This document shows, one piece after another, positions 1 to 9,562 of a stretch of 64,000 nt of DNA (positions within the stretch are counted from its first letter, which is position 1; each line of letters begins with the position of its first letter). The DNA comes from Candidatus Multivoradales bacterium. Its GTDB lineage: Bacteria > Acidobacteriota > Thermoanaerobaculia > Multivoradales > J023. The stretch lies in contig CBDFLE010000006.1 of NCBI GenBank assembly GCA_965248925.1, forward strand, positions 4,768,001 through 4,832,000, given 5' to 3'. The position numbers were made by a program, and so were the translations under genes. The notes under the pieces were generated by a model. It searched no databases, had not been told where the DNA came from, and was given only the letters and a program-made list of their open reading frames with translations.

Positions 1-8
1 CGGTTGCC

Positions 9-845
9 TTGCCAGCGGTGGCGGCGGCGTTGGCTGAGGTCGACGACCAGCAACTCGATATCCCCTTGCTCGATCTTTATCTGCGCTTGGCTCCCCTAGA
101 GCGGGGTGAGTTGGGGGCCGCGCTAGCGCCAAGGCGCGAGCATCTGCTGGCCCTAGTGCCGCGCCGCGAGGATCTTGACGAATGTTCTGCGTTGGTCTTG
201 CGGGCCTTACTCGGCGAACCCGCGGCCGAGGTGGCGGCCGGCATCGAGCGGTTGGCAAGCGTCGACCGCCGGACCGTGGTAGTGCAGATTCGCGACCGTT
301 CAGACATCCTGTGCCTACTGCCGTGGGCAGACTGGATCGAGGCTGAAGCCGAGTCAATCGCCGCCTTGGCGGCCACGGTAGCGGCGCGCTGCCAACTGCG
401 GAGTTTGCTGCCGCAGCTGCGCGGCCTGCTGTCGCGAGTGCCTGGCCCCGAGGTCATTCGCGCCCTTGGCGAAATGGGCGACCAAGACAGTGTGCGCGGC
501 CTGATCGATCTACAACGTGGCCACGAGGAGCTACGGCCGGTGATCCTCAAGAGTCTCGGCGAGATCGGTGGCGGCGAGGCGCGAAAAGCGCTGCGGGAGG
601 TGATCGACGGCCCGGATGCGACCCTTGAGCGGGTTGCTTTCCGGGCGTTGTCGCAATGTGCCACAGCGGCTGACGAAGCGCTCTTTCGCGATGCTATCGA
701 GCATCCCGACTGGAATGTTCGCCTGGCGTGTGCCGAGGTGCTCGGGCGTTCTGCTCGGGTCGACAATCTCGGCGCCTTGGCACGATTGGTCGCTGATCCG
801 GCGTCGATAGTTTCGCAACGCGCGCTGTCCTACCTCGAATCCTAA
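9..845 (+). CDS. HEAT-repeat (PBS-lyase type) protein of the chemosensory cluster, probably 5'-truncated by the window edge
   Basis: Repeated helical motifs such as 'VIRALGEMGD', 'ILKSLGEIGG', 'DWNVRLACAEVLG'; directly upstream of cheR. Confidence 0.75.
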   Translation: MPAVAAALAEVDDQQLDIPLLDLYLRLAPLERGELGAALAPRREHLLALVPRREDLDECSALVLRALLGEPAAEVAAGIERLASVDRRTVVVQIRDRSDILCLLPWADWIEAEAESIAALAATVAARCQLRSLLPQLRGLLSRVPGPEVIRALGEMGDQDSVRGLIDLQRGHEELRPVILKSLGEIGGGEARKALREVIDGPDATLERVAFRALSQCATAADEALFRDAIEHPDWNVRLACAEVLGRSARVDNLGALARLVADPASIVSQRALSYLES

Positions 846-855
846 GAGGCCGGGC

Positions 856-1683
856 ATGAACGATCGCCAGCCGACAATGAGCGAGGAGGAGTGTCTGCTG
901 CTCGGCGAGCTGATCTCGACCCGTTTCGGCCTGCACTTTCCGGTACGTAAACGCGAGATCTTGGAATCGCGGCTGCGGCCGCGGCTCGAACTCTATAGCT
1001 TGCGCAGTTTCTTCGATTATTACTTGCTGCTGCTGGGGGAGAATAGCGGCGAACTCGAGCATCTGGCGCGGCTGGTGTCGAACAACGAGACCTATTTTTT
1101 CCGCGAGAGCTATCAATTCGAGGCTTTGTTGTTCGAACAGCTAGCTGAGGTGGTGGGCGACTCGGATCGGTTGCGGGTGCTATCGGCGGGGTGTTCGTCC
1201 GGCGAGGAGCCTTACACCTTGGGCATCATCTCGCTGCGTCACGCTCTACAGCTGGATGGCACCGCGGTTGAGATCGATGCTTTTGACATCGATCAGCGGC
1301 GAATCGAGATGGCGCGTCGGGGGGTCTACCGGTCCTACTCACTACGCAGTTTGGAGGCCGCTCAGAAGCGGCTCTATTTTCGCCAGCTCAAGGATGATCG
1401 GTTCGAATTGCGGCCCCTCTATCGCCAGCCAGTGCGCTTCGCGACTGGCAATATTGTGCAACTCGAGACCTTCCGGGCCAATGAGCCTTACGATGCAGTG
1501 TTCTGCCGCAATGTGCTGATTTACTTCGGCGCGGCAGCCTTGCACCAGGCGATCGACAATTTTGCTGCTGTGCTCCGTTCCGGAGGCTTGCTTTTTCTCG
1601 GTCATTCCGAGTCGATCATTGGCCTGGGCAAGCCCTTTGAGACCCTGCGTCTGGATCGCTGCATGGCCTATCGGCGGCTTTGA
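856..1683 (+). CDS. cheR: Chemotaxis protein-glutamate methyltransferase
   Basis: Motifs NETYFFRE, SAGCSSGEEPYT, FCRNVLIYF, LFLGHSES. Confidence 0.95.
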   Translation: MNDRQPTMSEEECLLLGELISTRFGLHFPVRKREILESRLRPRLELYSLRSFFDYYLLLLGENSGELEHLARLVSNNETYFFRESYQFEALLFEQLAEVVGDSDRLRVLSAGCSSGEEPYTLGIISLRHALQLDGTAVEIDAFDIDQRRIEMARRGVYRSYSLRSLEAAQKRLYFRQLKDDRFELRPLYRQPVRFATGNIVQLETFRANEPYDAVFCRNVLIYFGAAALHQAIDNFAAVLRSGGLLFLGHSESIIGLGKPFETLRLDRCMAYRRL

Positions 1684-1821
1684 ACTCGCCGTCTTCTAAA
1701 CTCACCGTGGGTTGGACCCTTTGCCGGGGTCGAATCCGCTAGCATGAGCTTGATGCCTGGGGTCGAGGCGGCTCGATGGTCGCCGTGGTTACCTGGGCGC
1801 TGGGGAGCTAAGTCCATCGAT

Positions 1822-2862
1822 ATGAGGCGTATCCGTGTCGCGGTAGCCGACGACTCCAGCTTTGTTCGCCGGGCGATAGTGCGCCTGCTGCAGGAGCATC
1901 GGCAGATCTGGGTGGTGGGAGTCGCGGCCTCGGGGGAAGAATTACTCGCCAACCTCGGAGTTTGGCGTCCGGACGTGATCACTCTCGACCTGGCGATGCC
2001 GGGAATCGGCGGTCTGGCGACTCTTGATCGACTGATGATCACCCGCCCGACGCCGGTGATCATCTTCTCCACCCACTCCGGTCAAGGAGCGCCGCAGACT
2101 ATCGAGGCGCTGCATCGGGGAGCGGTCGATTTTATCGATAAGCAGCGCTATTCGATGGTCGACTTCGAGGCTCTGCGGCAGGTGCTGGTGGAGAAGATCC
2201 TACAAGTCTGCAGCCAGCGCCCGCGGCGCGGTCGCAGTCCCCGGTCAGCAGCCGCGGAGAACGCGCTTTTCGCCGGCCAGGTGGACTTGCTGGTCATCGG
2301 TGCGTCGACCGGTGGGCCGCCGGCTATTCAACAGATTCTCGAAGACTTGGGGCCGAATTTGAAAGTGCCGGTGGCGGTCGCCCAGCACATGCCCGAGGGC
2401 TTTACGCGAGCGTTTGCCAAGCGGATGAACGCGCATTTGTCGGTGGCGGTGCGCGAAGCGACGGATGGTGAGCGGTTGCAGCCGGGTACGGTCTACATAG
2501 CTCCCGCGAACTATCACCTGACTTTCGCCCAAGACATTGCTGGTGCCGGGTTGATCGCCCAGGTGGCGCGCACCCCGCTCGACACCGCGCACCATCCCTC
2601 GGTCGATCTGCTGTTCTCTTCAGCCGCGCGAGTAGTGGGTGGCGGCACCGTGGGGGTGCTGCTGACCGGCATGGGGCGCGATGGCAGCGAAGGGTTGATG
2701 GACCTGAGACAAGTCGGTGCCCACACCATTGCGCAGGACCAGGCCACCAGTGTGGTCTATAGCATGCCGAGCTCGGCGGTGGCTCTGGGTTCCGTCTGCG
2801 AAGTGCTACCGCTGGGCGAGATCGGCAGCCGGCTGCGGCGAATGCAAGCTCAACTCGACTAA
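1822..2862 (+). CDS. cheB: Chemotaxis response-regulator methylesterase (REC + esterase)
   Basis: N-terminal REC (ADDS, TLDLAMP); esterase motifs GASTGGP, QHMP, PSVD, LTGMGRDG. Start moved to ATG 1822 because the REC domain begins there. Confidence 0.95.
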   Translation: MRRIRVAVADDSSFVRRAIVRLLQEHRQIWVVGVAASGEELLANLGVWRPDVITLDLAMPGIGGLATLDRLMITRPTPVIIFSTHSGQGAPQTIEALHRGAVDFIDKQRYSMVDFEALRQVLVEKILQVCSQRPRRGRSPRSAAAENALFAGQVDLLVIGASTGGPPAIQQILEDLGPNLKVPVAVAQHMPEGFTRAFAKRMNAHLSVAVREATDGERLQPGTVYIAPANYHLTFAQDIAGAGLIAQVARTPLDTAHHPSVDLLFSSAARVVGGGTVGVLLTGMGRDGSEGLMDLRQVGAHTIAQDQATSVVYSMPSSAVALGSVCEVLPLGEIGSRLRRMQAQLD

Positions 2863-2896
2863 CTCGAAATCACTTCAACTGTACGCCCAGGTGGTG

Positions 2897-4516
2897 TCAG
2901 ACCGCCGGTTGGCCGGTCAGCTGACGCCGGAGAAGTTCGTTCTCGAATGCCACGCCGACCTGGGCGGCGGCCAATTCAAGCATTTCTAACTCGTCTACTG
3001 GCCTGTAGGCGTCGCCATTGTCGGCGTAGATAACCGCGATTACCCGTTCGGTGCCAACCACGGGGATCGCCACCACCTGGTCGAAGTTCGGGCGGCCGAT
3101 CTTGTTGGCCAGATTTTCGGGCAAGCGAGCGTCAGCGAAGCTCGACGAGTGTGACGAGCCGCTGTCGATGACATCGATCAGTGAGCAGCGATCAGTCATT
3201 CGCAGGTGCAGGCCGCCACAGAGCTGGGCCAAGGGCTTGCGATCGACACCGAAGCCGAAGGCGCCGAGGGAAGCCAGGGTGTCGGGGCGAGCGAGAAAGA
3301 GGATGGCCCGTTCGACAGACTCGCTGAGAATATGCATCAAGTTCAAGGCCATGGTTGCCGAGATAACGCCGGAGCGCAGGTCGGCTACGATGCGCCGCAA
3401 TTTGTTGAACCCGGCCTTGGCCTCTTTCTCGACTTCGCTGCGAAACTCACTGAAGCCACGATCACGCACCAAGCTCGCCAGGCAGGAGGCCACCGCCTGC
3501 GGCGCACTGGGCACCGCGGCGACGGCGCCGGCCTCGTAGCTGCGGGCGGTCTGGAGGACATCGTCGACCATGGTGACGACGGTGGCTCGGGGTCGCTGCC
3601 GACGGATACTTTCTACTGTGCCGAGGTCGAAATGGTCGCTTCGCAAGTCGATCAGGACCACTGGCGCGGGCTCACCGGGTAGGGCTGAGCCAGCGTCGCG
3701 CACTTCGACCTGACCGAGGTGGCCATTCTCTTGCGGCATGAAGCCGCGCAGCTGATCGATGAACTGCCCATCGTGGGTCAGTACTTGCAAGCGCGGCCGG
3801 TTCTGCGGACTCCGGGTCTGCGGGGTCGACCGGTTTTCCTTCGGTTGCGCCTGGCCGGGGGCCAGCACCGCGTCGGAGAACTCTGCTACATCGGCCAGGG
3901 TGAAGGTGGTGCCGGATTCCAGCGGTTCGCTGCGGTTGCGCCGCTCGCGGGCGGCGGCGACACCATTTTCCGGGATGCCGGTCATGCCCCCCCCGGTATC
4001 GTCGAGAGAGTCGCCCTCGTCGTACATCTGGGCGCCGCGAAGCAGTAGTTGCTCGGTGTTGAGGCGAATATTGGCCAGTACATCACCCGGATACATGCCG
4101 AGTTCATCGATCGGTTTGAGTTGATCGCGGACGAATTCGAATTCGCCTTCTTTCCAGATCATGACGCGGAAAATAGTGCGCTCGATCTGACGCGTCACCA
4201 CCTTGTGAATCTGATCGGTGCTGACCAGCTGGGTAGCGGTGAGCACTTGCCCCAACGACTGTCTCGGCCAGGCGCTGCCTTGGATGCGCAGAGCCTGATC
4301 GAGGGCGTCTTGGGTGATCAACCGGCGGGCCACTAACAACTCACCTAGCCGCTTCGAGTCGGGACTCAGGGCATTGATGATGCGGCCGCGATGAAAGGTG
4401 ATTTCAGCCCGCTGGTCGCGCCGGCTGAGGGTCAGCGTGCCAGTGCTGTGGCCGAGGTGAACGAACTGCAGAACGTCAGCAACGGTGACGTCTTCGAGAT
4501 TGCCGGAGATGCTCAT
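2897..4516 (-). CDS. DUF4388/PatA-N domain protein with degenerate REC and C-terminal GAF-like domain
   Basis: N-term 'SGNLEDVTVADVLQFVHLGHSTGTLTL...FHRGRII', 'WKEGEFEF'; C-term 'IPVVGTERVIAVIYADN'. Confidence 0.75.
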   Translation of the reverse strand: MSISGNLEDVTVADVLQFVHLGHSTGTLTLSRRDQRAEITFHRGRIINALSPDSKRLGELLVARRLITQDALDQALRIQGSAWPRQSLGQVLTATQLVSTDQIHKVVTRQIERTIFRVMIWKEGEFEFVRDQLKPIDELGMYPGDVLANIRLNTEQLLLRGAQMYDEGDSLDDTGGGMTGIPENGVAAARERRNRSEPLESGTTFTLADVAEFSDAVLAPGQAQPKENRSTPQTRSPQNRPRLQVLTHDGQFIDQLRGFMPQENGHLGQVEVRDAGSALPGEPAPVVLIDLRSDHFDLGTVESIRRQRPRATVVTMVDDVLQTARSYEAGAVAAVPSAPQAVASCLASLVRDRGFSEFRSEVEKEAKAGFNKLRRIVADLRSGVISATMALNLMHILSESVERAILFLARPDTLASLGAFGFGVDRKPLAQLCGGLHLRMTDRCSLIDVIDSGSSHSSSFADARLPENLANKIGRPNFDQVVAIPVVGTERVIAVIYADNGDAYRPVDELEMLELAAAQVGVAFENELLRRQLTGQPAV

Positions 4517-5172
4517 TGGCCTCCTTGGAGGAGTCGCACCAGACTCTCGAGACTGTGCAGCTTGCGGGCCGCCAGGGCGTAGGCTTCGGCGGCAAATAGT
4601 GCTGAAGCGGCATGCGCCGCCAGCAGATCAAGGATCTCTCGATCGTCGGAGGATAGGGCCGGTTTATGGTCGAATAACTTGTCCAGCACCAACACCCCGA
4701 CGATGACATTCTGCACCCTCAAGGGCACGACGGCCAGGGCTTCGCCTTTGCCTTCTCCGAGCCGGATGACGCCGTCTTCCAGGGTCTGGTCGACCAGGGG
4801 CTCGCCACCGCGATAGAAGTCACCAGCGAAGTGATTTGGCAGATGCCCGTCGGCGAATCCGCGGCGCAAGGCCAGGCGACAGTGTTCGCTGTCGGAATCG
4901 CGCCACAGCAGCGCGAAGCGTTCGGCACCGAGTAGGTCGACGGCTATTTCAGCGATGGTCGCTTGCACCTCTTCCGAGCTTTGGGCGGCGTACAGCTGGT
5001 AGGTGGCGACGAACATCTTCATGATCTGGCCGCCGCGGTTTTCAATCACCACCATTCGCTGGGTGAGGTCTTCGTTCTCGGCTTCCAGAGACCGCAAGCG
5101 CTCCTCGAGCTGCTGGGCGGTCGCCCGGGACTCGCTCTCTGGAGTGCTGGTCGGCTGTAATTCGGTCGCCAC
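4513..5172 (-). CDS. Coiled-coil + GAF domain protein
   Basis: Heptad-rich N-term; GAF end 'VVPLRVQNVIVGVLVL...DREILDLLAAHAASAL'; stop overlaps the next start. Confidence 0.75.
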   Translation of the reverse strand: MATELQPTSTPESESRATAQQLEERLRSLEAENEDLTQRMVVIENRGGQIMKMFVATYQLYAAQSSEEVQATIAEIAVDLLGAERFALLWRDSDSEHCRLALRRGFADGHLPNHFAGDFYRGGEPLVDQTLEDGVIRLGEGKGEALAVVPLRVQNVIVGVLVLDKLFDHKPALSSDDREILDLLAAHAASALFAAEAYALAARKLHSLESLVRLLQGGQ

Positions 5173-5230
5173 TTTGAAGATCTCTGGTCGGTGCCTCTGA
5201 GGGAGACTCTCGCGAATTGCCGTCCGCTAC

Positions 5231-5599
5231 TCACAGGCGGGAGATGATCTTGAGCACCTCATCTGCCTGGAAGGGTTTCTTGATGTAGGCCGCGGCTCCC
5301 GCCTTGAGGCCCCGAATGGTGTCTTCTTCTTTGCCCTCGGTGCTGATGATCACCACCGGGATTTCGGCCACCGCGGGGGTCTCTTTGACTTTGGCAAGGA
5401 ACTCCAGGCCGTTCATCTTCGGCATGTTGATGTCGAGCAGGATGAGGTCGACCGTCGAGCTGCCAGTATGCTCACTGAGCCGCTGCAAGGCCTCCTGACC
5501 ATCCATGGCATGGATCAGTTCCGACTGGCGCAGCAGTGTGCCGAAGATTTTGTGGATCAACTTGGAGTCGTCGATTACCAGGACCTTTTTCGGTTCCAA
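5231..5599 (-). CDS. Single-domain response regulator (CheY-like)
   Basis: VLVIDDS, LLDINMPKMNG, IISTEG, YIKKPF; TTG start preceded by GGGGA. Confidence 0.9.
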   Translation of the reverse strand: MEPKKVLVIDDSKLIHKIFGTLLRQSELIHAMDGQEALQRLSEHTGSSTVDLILLDINMPKMNGLEFLAKVKETPAVAEIPVVIISTEGKEEDTIRGLKAGAAAYIKKPFQADEVLKIISRL

Positions 5600-5810
5600 A
5601 ACAAGTCCCCCTGCGGAGGGCCTCCCGGCCACTCTTTCGATCCACCGGTGGACCAATGGATCAGATTAGCCTCGGCCCTGGAGATCTCTTGCTCCACGGC
5701 CAGTCGAAAAACAGCAAGCTTCCAAGCTACCGCTGAAAGTATAGCCCGATTGCTACTTTTTGTCGCGGTGGCCTTCGCGGCGCCTTGACCGGCGCCGCTG
5801 CCTGGTTAGT

Positions 5811-7010
5811 TTAGAAGCTGAAGTGAGCACCGAGAACGATCAGCTCGGTCGAATCGTCGAGAATATTGAACAGCAACGCGCGCTCGATGTCCGCCGGGTT
5901 GTCGGGAAAGGCGAAGCGGTTGCCAGTGACATCGTGGTAACTCAGTTTGAGCACGAAATTGGGATTGAACCAGCGGTTCAATCCGATCGCCACCTCTTTG
6001 TGCTCCTCGGTTTGGCGCACCACCGGCGGTAGAGGAAGGGGCAGCAAGAGGTCAAAGTCCCAATCTTCGAAGCGTCCGGCGACTTCCCAATTCTCGTGCA
6101 AGCGGAAGGCGACTTCACTGTAACCACCGTTGGTCTCGAAGGCGCCGTCCCGCTCTTGGTGGGTGAACTCTGAGCGCACTATCCAGCGCCCAGAGAGGTA
6201 CTCGGCATGCAGACCCCAGGTATCGACATCCGTAGGCACGTTGCCGCCGAGCACCGAAGCGATGGTCTGCTCGCCGGTGTAGGCTGAGAGGCCGATCTTG
6301 AAGCCGTCGACCGGGGTCAGCAGGTCAAGTTTTACGCCGATCATGTCGCGAGTTACGAATTTGGAATCGACGAAGCCGCTCAGCCGCAGGTCCTGATCGG
6401 CGGCTAGCAGGCTGGGAATGCGGAATTCTCCCTTCAGTTGGCCGATATAGAGATCGTACTGAAGACCAAACTCTCCGGGGTTGTGATGTAGCCCGGTGAT
6501 GCCAATGCCGTTGTAAAACTCGGCGATTACCCCCTGCGGGCCATAGATCGACTGCGGTAGCAGAAAGAAAGGGCGCAAAGTGCCGACGTTGAAGAATTCG
6601 GCATAGAGCGCGAAGGGATGGGGAACGCGGCCGACACGTAGCTTCAATGAGTCCGAAAAGGCCCATTCGGCAAAGGCGTACTCGAGTTCCGCGACGGCTT
6701 CGCCCTGGTCGTCTTCGAGGAATTGTATTTGGCCGACCAAGGTCAGCTGGTCCGCCGGTGTAGCGGTGATGTTGAGCGTCAAGTCCGCGTTGTCGTAGCT
6801 GCCTTCGTCGTCACCGACGGAATAGGCGTTGCCATCGGTCTTGCCGTAAGCCCAGCCGCCGAAGCCGTGCAGGACTACTTTGTCTCCTAGATCTAATGCC
6901 GACGCCGCTCCGGCAAAGCCGAGAATGATCGTCACCATCGCTCCCCCGGCGATGATCATTCTTGCTTTGTGCGTGGCGCGGCCCCTCTGGTCCCCTGAGA
7001 TGAGCCCCAT
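5811..7010 (-). CDS. Outer-membrane beta-barrel porin-like protein (start uncertain)
   Basis: Signal peptide ending 'AASA', amphipathic strands, 'EYAFAEW..LRVGR', C-terminal Phe (GAHFSF). Confidence 0.7.
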   Translation of the reverse strand: MGLISGDQRGRATHKARMIIAGGAMVTIILGFAGAASALDLGDKVVLHGFGGWAYGKTDGNAYSVGDDEGSYDNADLTLNITATPADQLTLVGQIQFLEDDQGEAVAELEYAFAEWAFSDSLKLRVGRVPHPFALYAEFFNVGTLRPFFLLPQSIYGPQGVIAEFYNGIGITGLHHNPGEFGLQYDLYIGQLKGEFRIPSLLAADQDLRLSGFVDSKFVTRDMIGVKLDLLTPVDGFKIGLSAYTGEQTIASVLGGNVPTDVDTWGLHAEYLSGRWIVRSEFTHQERDGAFETNGGYSEVAFRLHENWEVAGRFEDWDFDLLLPLPLPPVVRQTEEHKEVAIGLNRWFNPNFVLKLSYHDVTGNRFAFPDNPADIERALLFNILDDSTELIVLGAHFSF

Positions 7011-7620
7011 GCGCTTTCTCCTTGGTCTGCTGTTCTCGAAATCACGGCCCAAGGGCCGCAGGAGGGGAAGTGTATAACAATCCACCTGGGCTTTTTTCGA
7101 TTGATTGAACGTGGAGTGATGAATTCACGGGTGATGGAGGAAAATCTGTCAGATCGTGACGACCTCTCTCTCCTGCTGCCCCGGCAGATGAATAGATGAG
7201 GCGGCGGCGTACCTGCTGCCCGGGGCCTCGGGTCATCCAGCTCCGTCTTGAGTATCGGACTAGCTGCTGGTATCACCAGACTCGAAGCCGTCTTCGAAGA
7301 TCGGAGCCTCGGGCGCAGCCTCCCTTGCGATCGAGAAGTAGCGGTAGCGCAAGCCAGTGCCGTTGGGCATCGAGCCGTCGGCGACACTGACAGCTCGATG
7401 CCCACATTCACTTGCCGGGTTCCGGAGCCTGCGCTCGGCTCATCAGGCTGCGCTTTTACGAAGGTTTGAAGTCCCTCGCTAGGGTGTGACGCCCCGGGCG
7501 GGACGGAGAGAAACGCGCCTATTTTCACCCGTTTGGGTAGTTCCCGAGACTTCAGAGTTTAGGGGTGGAAGATGAGGCAGGTCCGTGCGCGCTTCGCCGC
7601 GATGTGATGAGATCGGCGCG

Positions 7621-8511
7621 ATGAGCCCGATCGAGCAATTGGCCTTCGACATCCGCCGCACGGTGTTTCGCCATGTGCTCGACAATGGCGGTGGCTACCT
7701 GTCGCAGGCGTGCTCGTCGGCCGAGCTGCTGGCGACTCTGTACGGCGAACTGATGCATCTCGGCCCGTCAGAGGTCGCCGGCTTGCCGCAGCCTTTCGCC
7801 GGGGTTCCTGGGGCCGGCGCCGAGCGGCGCTCGGGGCGGCGCCACAACGGGCCGCTGGCGCCTGACCTCGATCGCCTGGTGTTCTCACCAGCGCATTACG
7901 CGCTAGTGCTCTACGCTACTTTGATCGCCAGCGGTCGGCTGCACCCACGGGCCTTGGAGGCATTCGACCAGGACGGTTCGACGCTGGAGATGATCGGCGC
8001 CGAGCACTCGCCCGGTTTCGAACTCACCACCGGCTCGCTGGCGCAGGCTTTGTCGACCGCTGGCGGCATTGCTCTGGCGCGGCGCCTGCGCGGCGATAGC
8101 GGTCATGTGTGGGTATTCATGAGTGACGGTGAATTCCAAGAAGGCCAGACCTGGGAAGCCATCGCCGCCTTGGCCTTCCACCAGCTCGACAATCTGACCG
8201 TGGTAGTCGACGTCAATGGTCAGCAATGCGATGGACGAATGTCGGCGGTGATGAGCATCGAGCCGCTGGCCCGGCGCATCGAATCTTTCGGCGCCACCGC
8301 CCGCGAGGTCGACGGGCACGACATAGAGCAGCTAATAGCCGCTGCCGGTGATCGCGGCCCTGGCCGACCCACCTTCGTTCTCGGCCGCACCGATCCCGCT
8401 CGCGGCATCGACCTGCTGCGGCAGCGGGCACCTCTGCTGCATTCGTTGACAATCGGCTCAGAGCAAGAGCTGGCTCGGTGGCGGCAGGCCTACCAGGAGC
8501 TCTACGGATGA
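7621..8511 (+). CDS. Transketolase N-terminal (TPP-binding) subunit
   Basis: TTGSLAQ and TPP motif 'SDGEFQEGQTWEA...DVNGQQCDG'. Confidence 0.9.
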   Translation: MSPIEQLAFDIRRTVFRHVLDNGGGYLSQACSSAELLATLYGELMHLGPSEVAGLPQPFAGVPGAGAERRSGRRHNGPLAPDLDRLVFSPAHYALVLYATLIASGRLHPRALEAFDQDGSTLEMIGAEHSPGFELTTGSLAQALSTAGGIALARRLRGDSGHVWVFMSDGEFQEGQTWEAIAALAFHQLDNLTVVVDVNGQQCDGRMSAVMSIEPLARRIESFGATAREVDGHDIEQLIAAAGDRGPGRPTFVLGRTDPARGIDLLRQRAPLLHSLTIGSEQELARWRQAYQELYG

Positions 8512-9518
8512 GGCCCGAGTTGGTTAGCCGGCCCTATGTCGAGCGCTTTGTCGACTGGGCGGCGGACAAACCCGAGGTGGTGGTGCTGTCGGCCGACTTG
8601 ACCAACTCGTGCGAGATCGGTCGTTGGCGGGACACCTATCCAGAGCGCTTTTTCTCGATGGGCATGGCGGAGCAGAACATGCTGAGCTTTGCCGCCGGCC
8701 TGGCTCGTGAGGGCTTGCGGCCCTTTGTTCACACCTTCGCCGTATTCCTCTACCGGCGGCCTTACGATCAGTTGGCGATGTCGATCGCCTATCCGAACCT
8801 GCCGGTGCGGCTGATGGGTTTCTTACCTGGAATCACTACCCCTGGTGGGGTCACCCATCAGGCGATCGAGGATCTCGCCATTCTGCGGGCGACGCCCAAC
8901 ATGACGATCCTCGAAACCGGCGACGCGACCGAGGTTGAGTCGGTGCTCGATGCCGCTGACGCGGTCGATGGGCCGGTTTACGTGCGCCTGCTGCGGGGTG
9001 AGATCCCACGGCTGTTCCCAGCCGACGAGCCGTTGCGCCTGGGGCAGTCTCGGCAACTCAGCCGCGGCCGTGACCTGGCCCTGATCACCAGTGGCATCGC
9101 CACCGAAGAGGGTATCCGGGCCGGTCGAGTTCTGGCCGAGCATGGTGTCGGGGTGAGCCATCTGCATGTTTCCACCTTGAAGCCTTTCGGCGATCCGGCG
9201 TTGGAGCGGGCGATCGGCGAGGCGAAAAACGGGGTGATTACCCTCGAAAACCATTCGATCATCGGTGGCCTGGGCGCCGCGGTGGCTGAGTACATGGCCG
9301 AGCAGGCGGTCGGCGTGCCGCTGCGCCGCCTCGGGCTGCGCGATCGCTATGCCCACGGCGCTAGCCGTCCCTATTTGATGCGCACCCTGGAACTCGATGC
9401 CCAGGCGGTATTGGCGACGGCGTCGCGGTTGCTCGGTCGCGAAATTTCGGCCGCCGGCCTAGCCGCCGATCCCCCCTTCACCCCGTGCCGCTCGCTGGTC
9501 AACGCCGAGGCCTTGTGA
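8508..9518 (+). CDS. Transketolase C-terminal (pyrimidine-binding + C-terminal) subunit
   Basis: SADL, 'GMAEQNM', 'GGVTHQAIED', 'ENHSIIGGLG'; ATGA overlap with the upstream subunit. Confidence 0.9.
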   Translation: MRPELVSRPYVERFVDWAADKPEVVVLSADLTNSCEIGRWRDTYPERFFSMGMAEQNMLSFAAGLAREGLRPFVHTFAVFLYRRPYDQLAMSIAYPNLPVRLMGFLPGITTPGGVTHQAIEDLAILRATPNMTILETGDATEVESVLDAADAVDGPVYVRLLRGEIPRLFPADEPLRLGQSRQLSRGRDLALITSGIATEEGIRAGRVLAEHGVGVSHLHVSTLKPFGDPALERAIGEAKNGVITLENHSIIGGLGAAVAEYMAEQAVGVPLRRLGLRDRYAHGASRPYLMRTLELDAQAVLATASRLLGREISAAGLAADPPFTPCRSLVNAEAL

Positions 9519-9562
9519 GGTTGCCGGTGAGGTTGCCAGTGAGGTTGCCAGTCTCGTTGCCG
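9515..9562 (+). repeat. 12-bp tandem repeat GTGAGGTTGCC(G/A), 3 copies plus 1 degenerate copy
   Basis: Seen directly; spans the transketolase stop and the RLP GTG start and encodes VRLP-VRLP-VRLP-VSLP. Confidence 0.9.

Noticed and set aside
7090-7600. Possible ncRNA or small gene in the long intergenic region
   Set aside because: No recognisable RNA family motif or convincing ORF could be supported by eye
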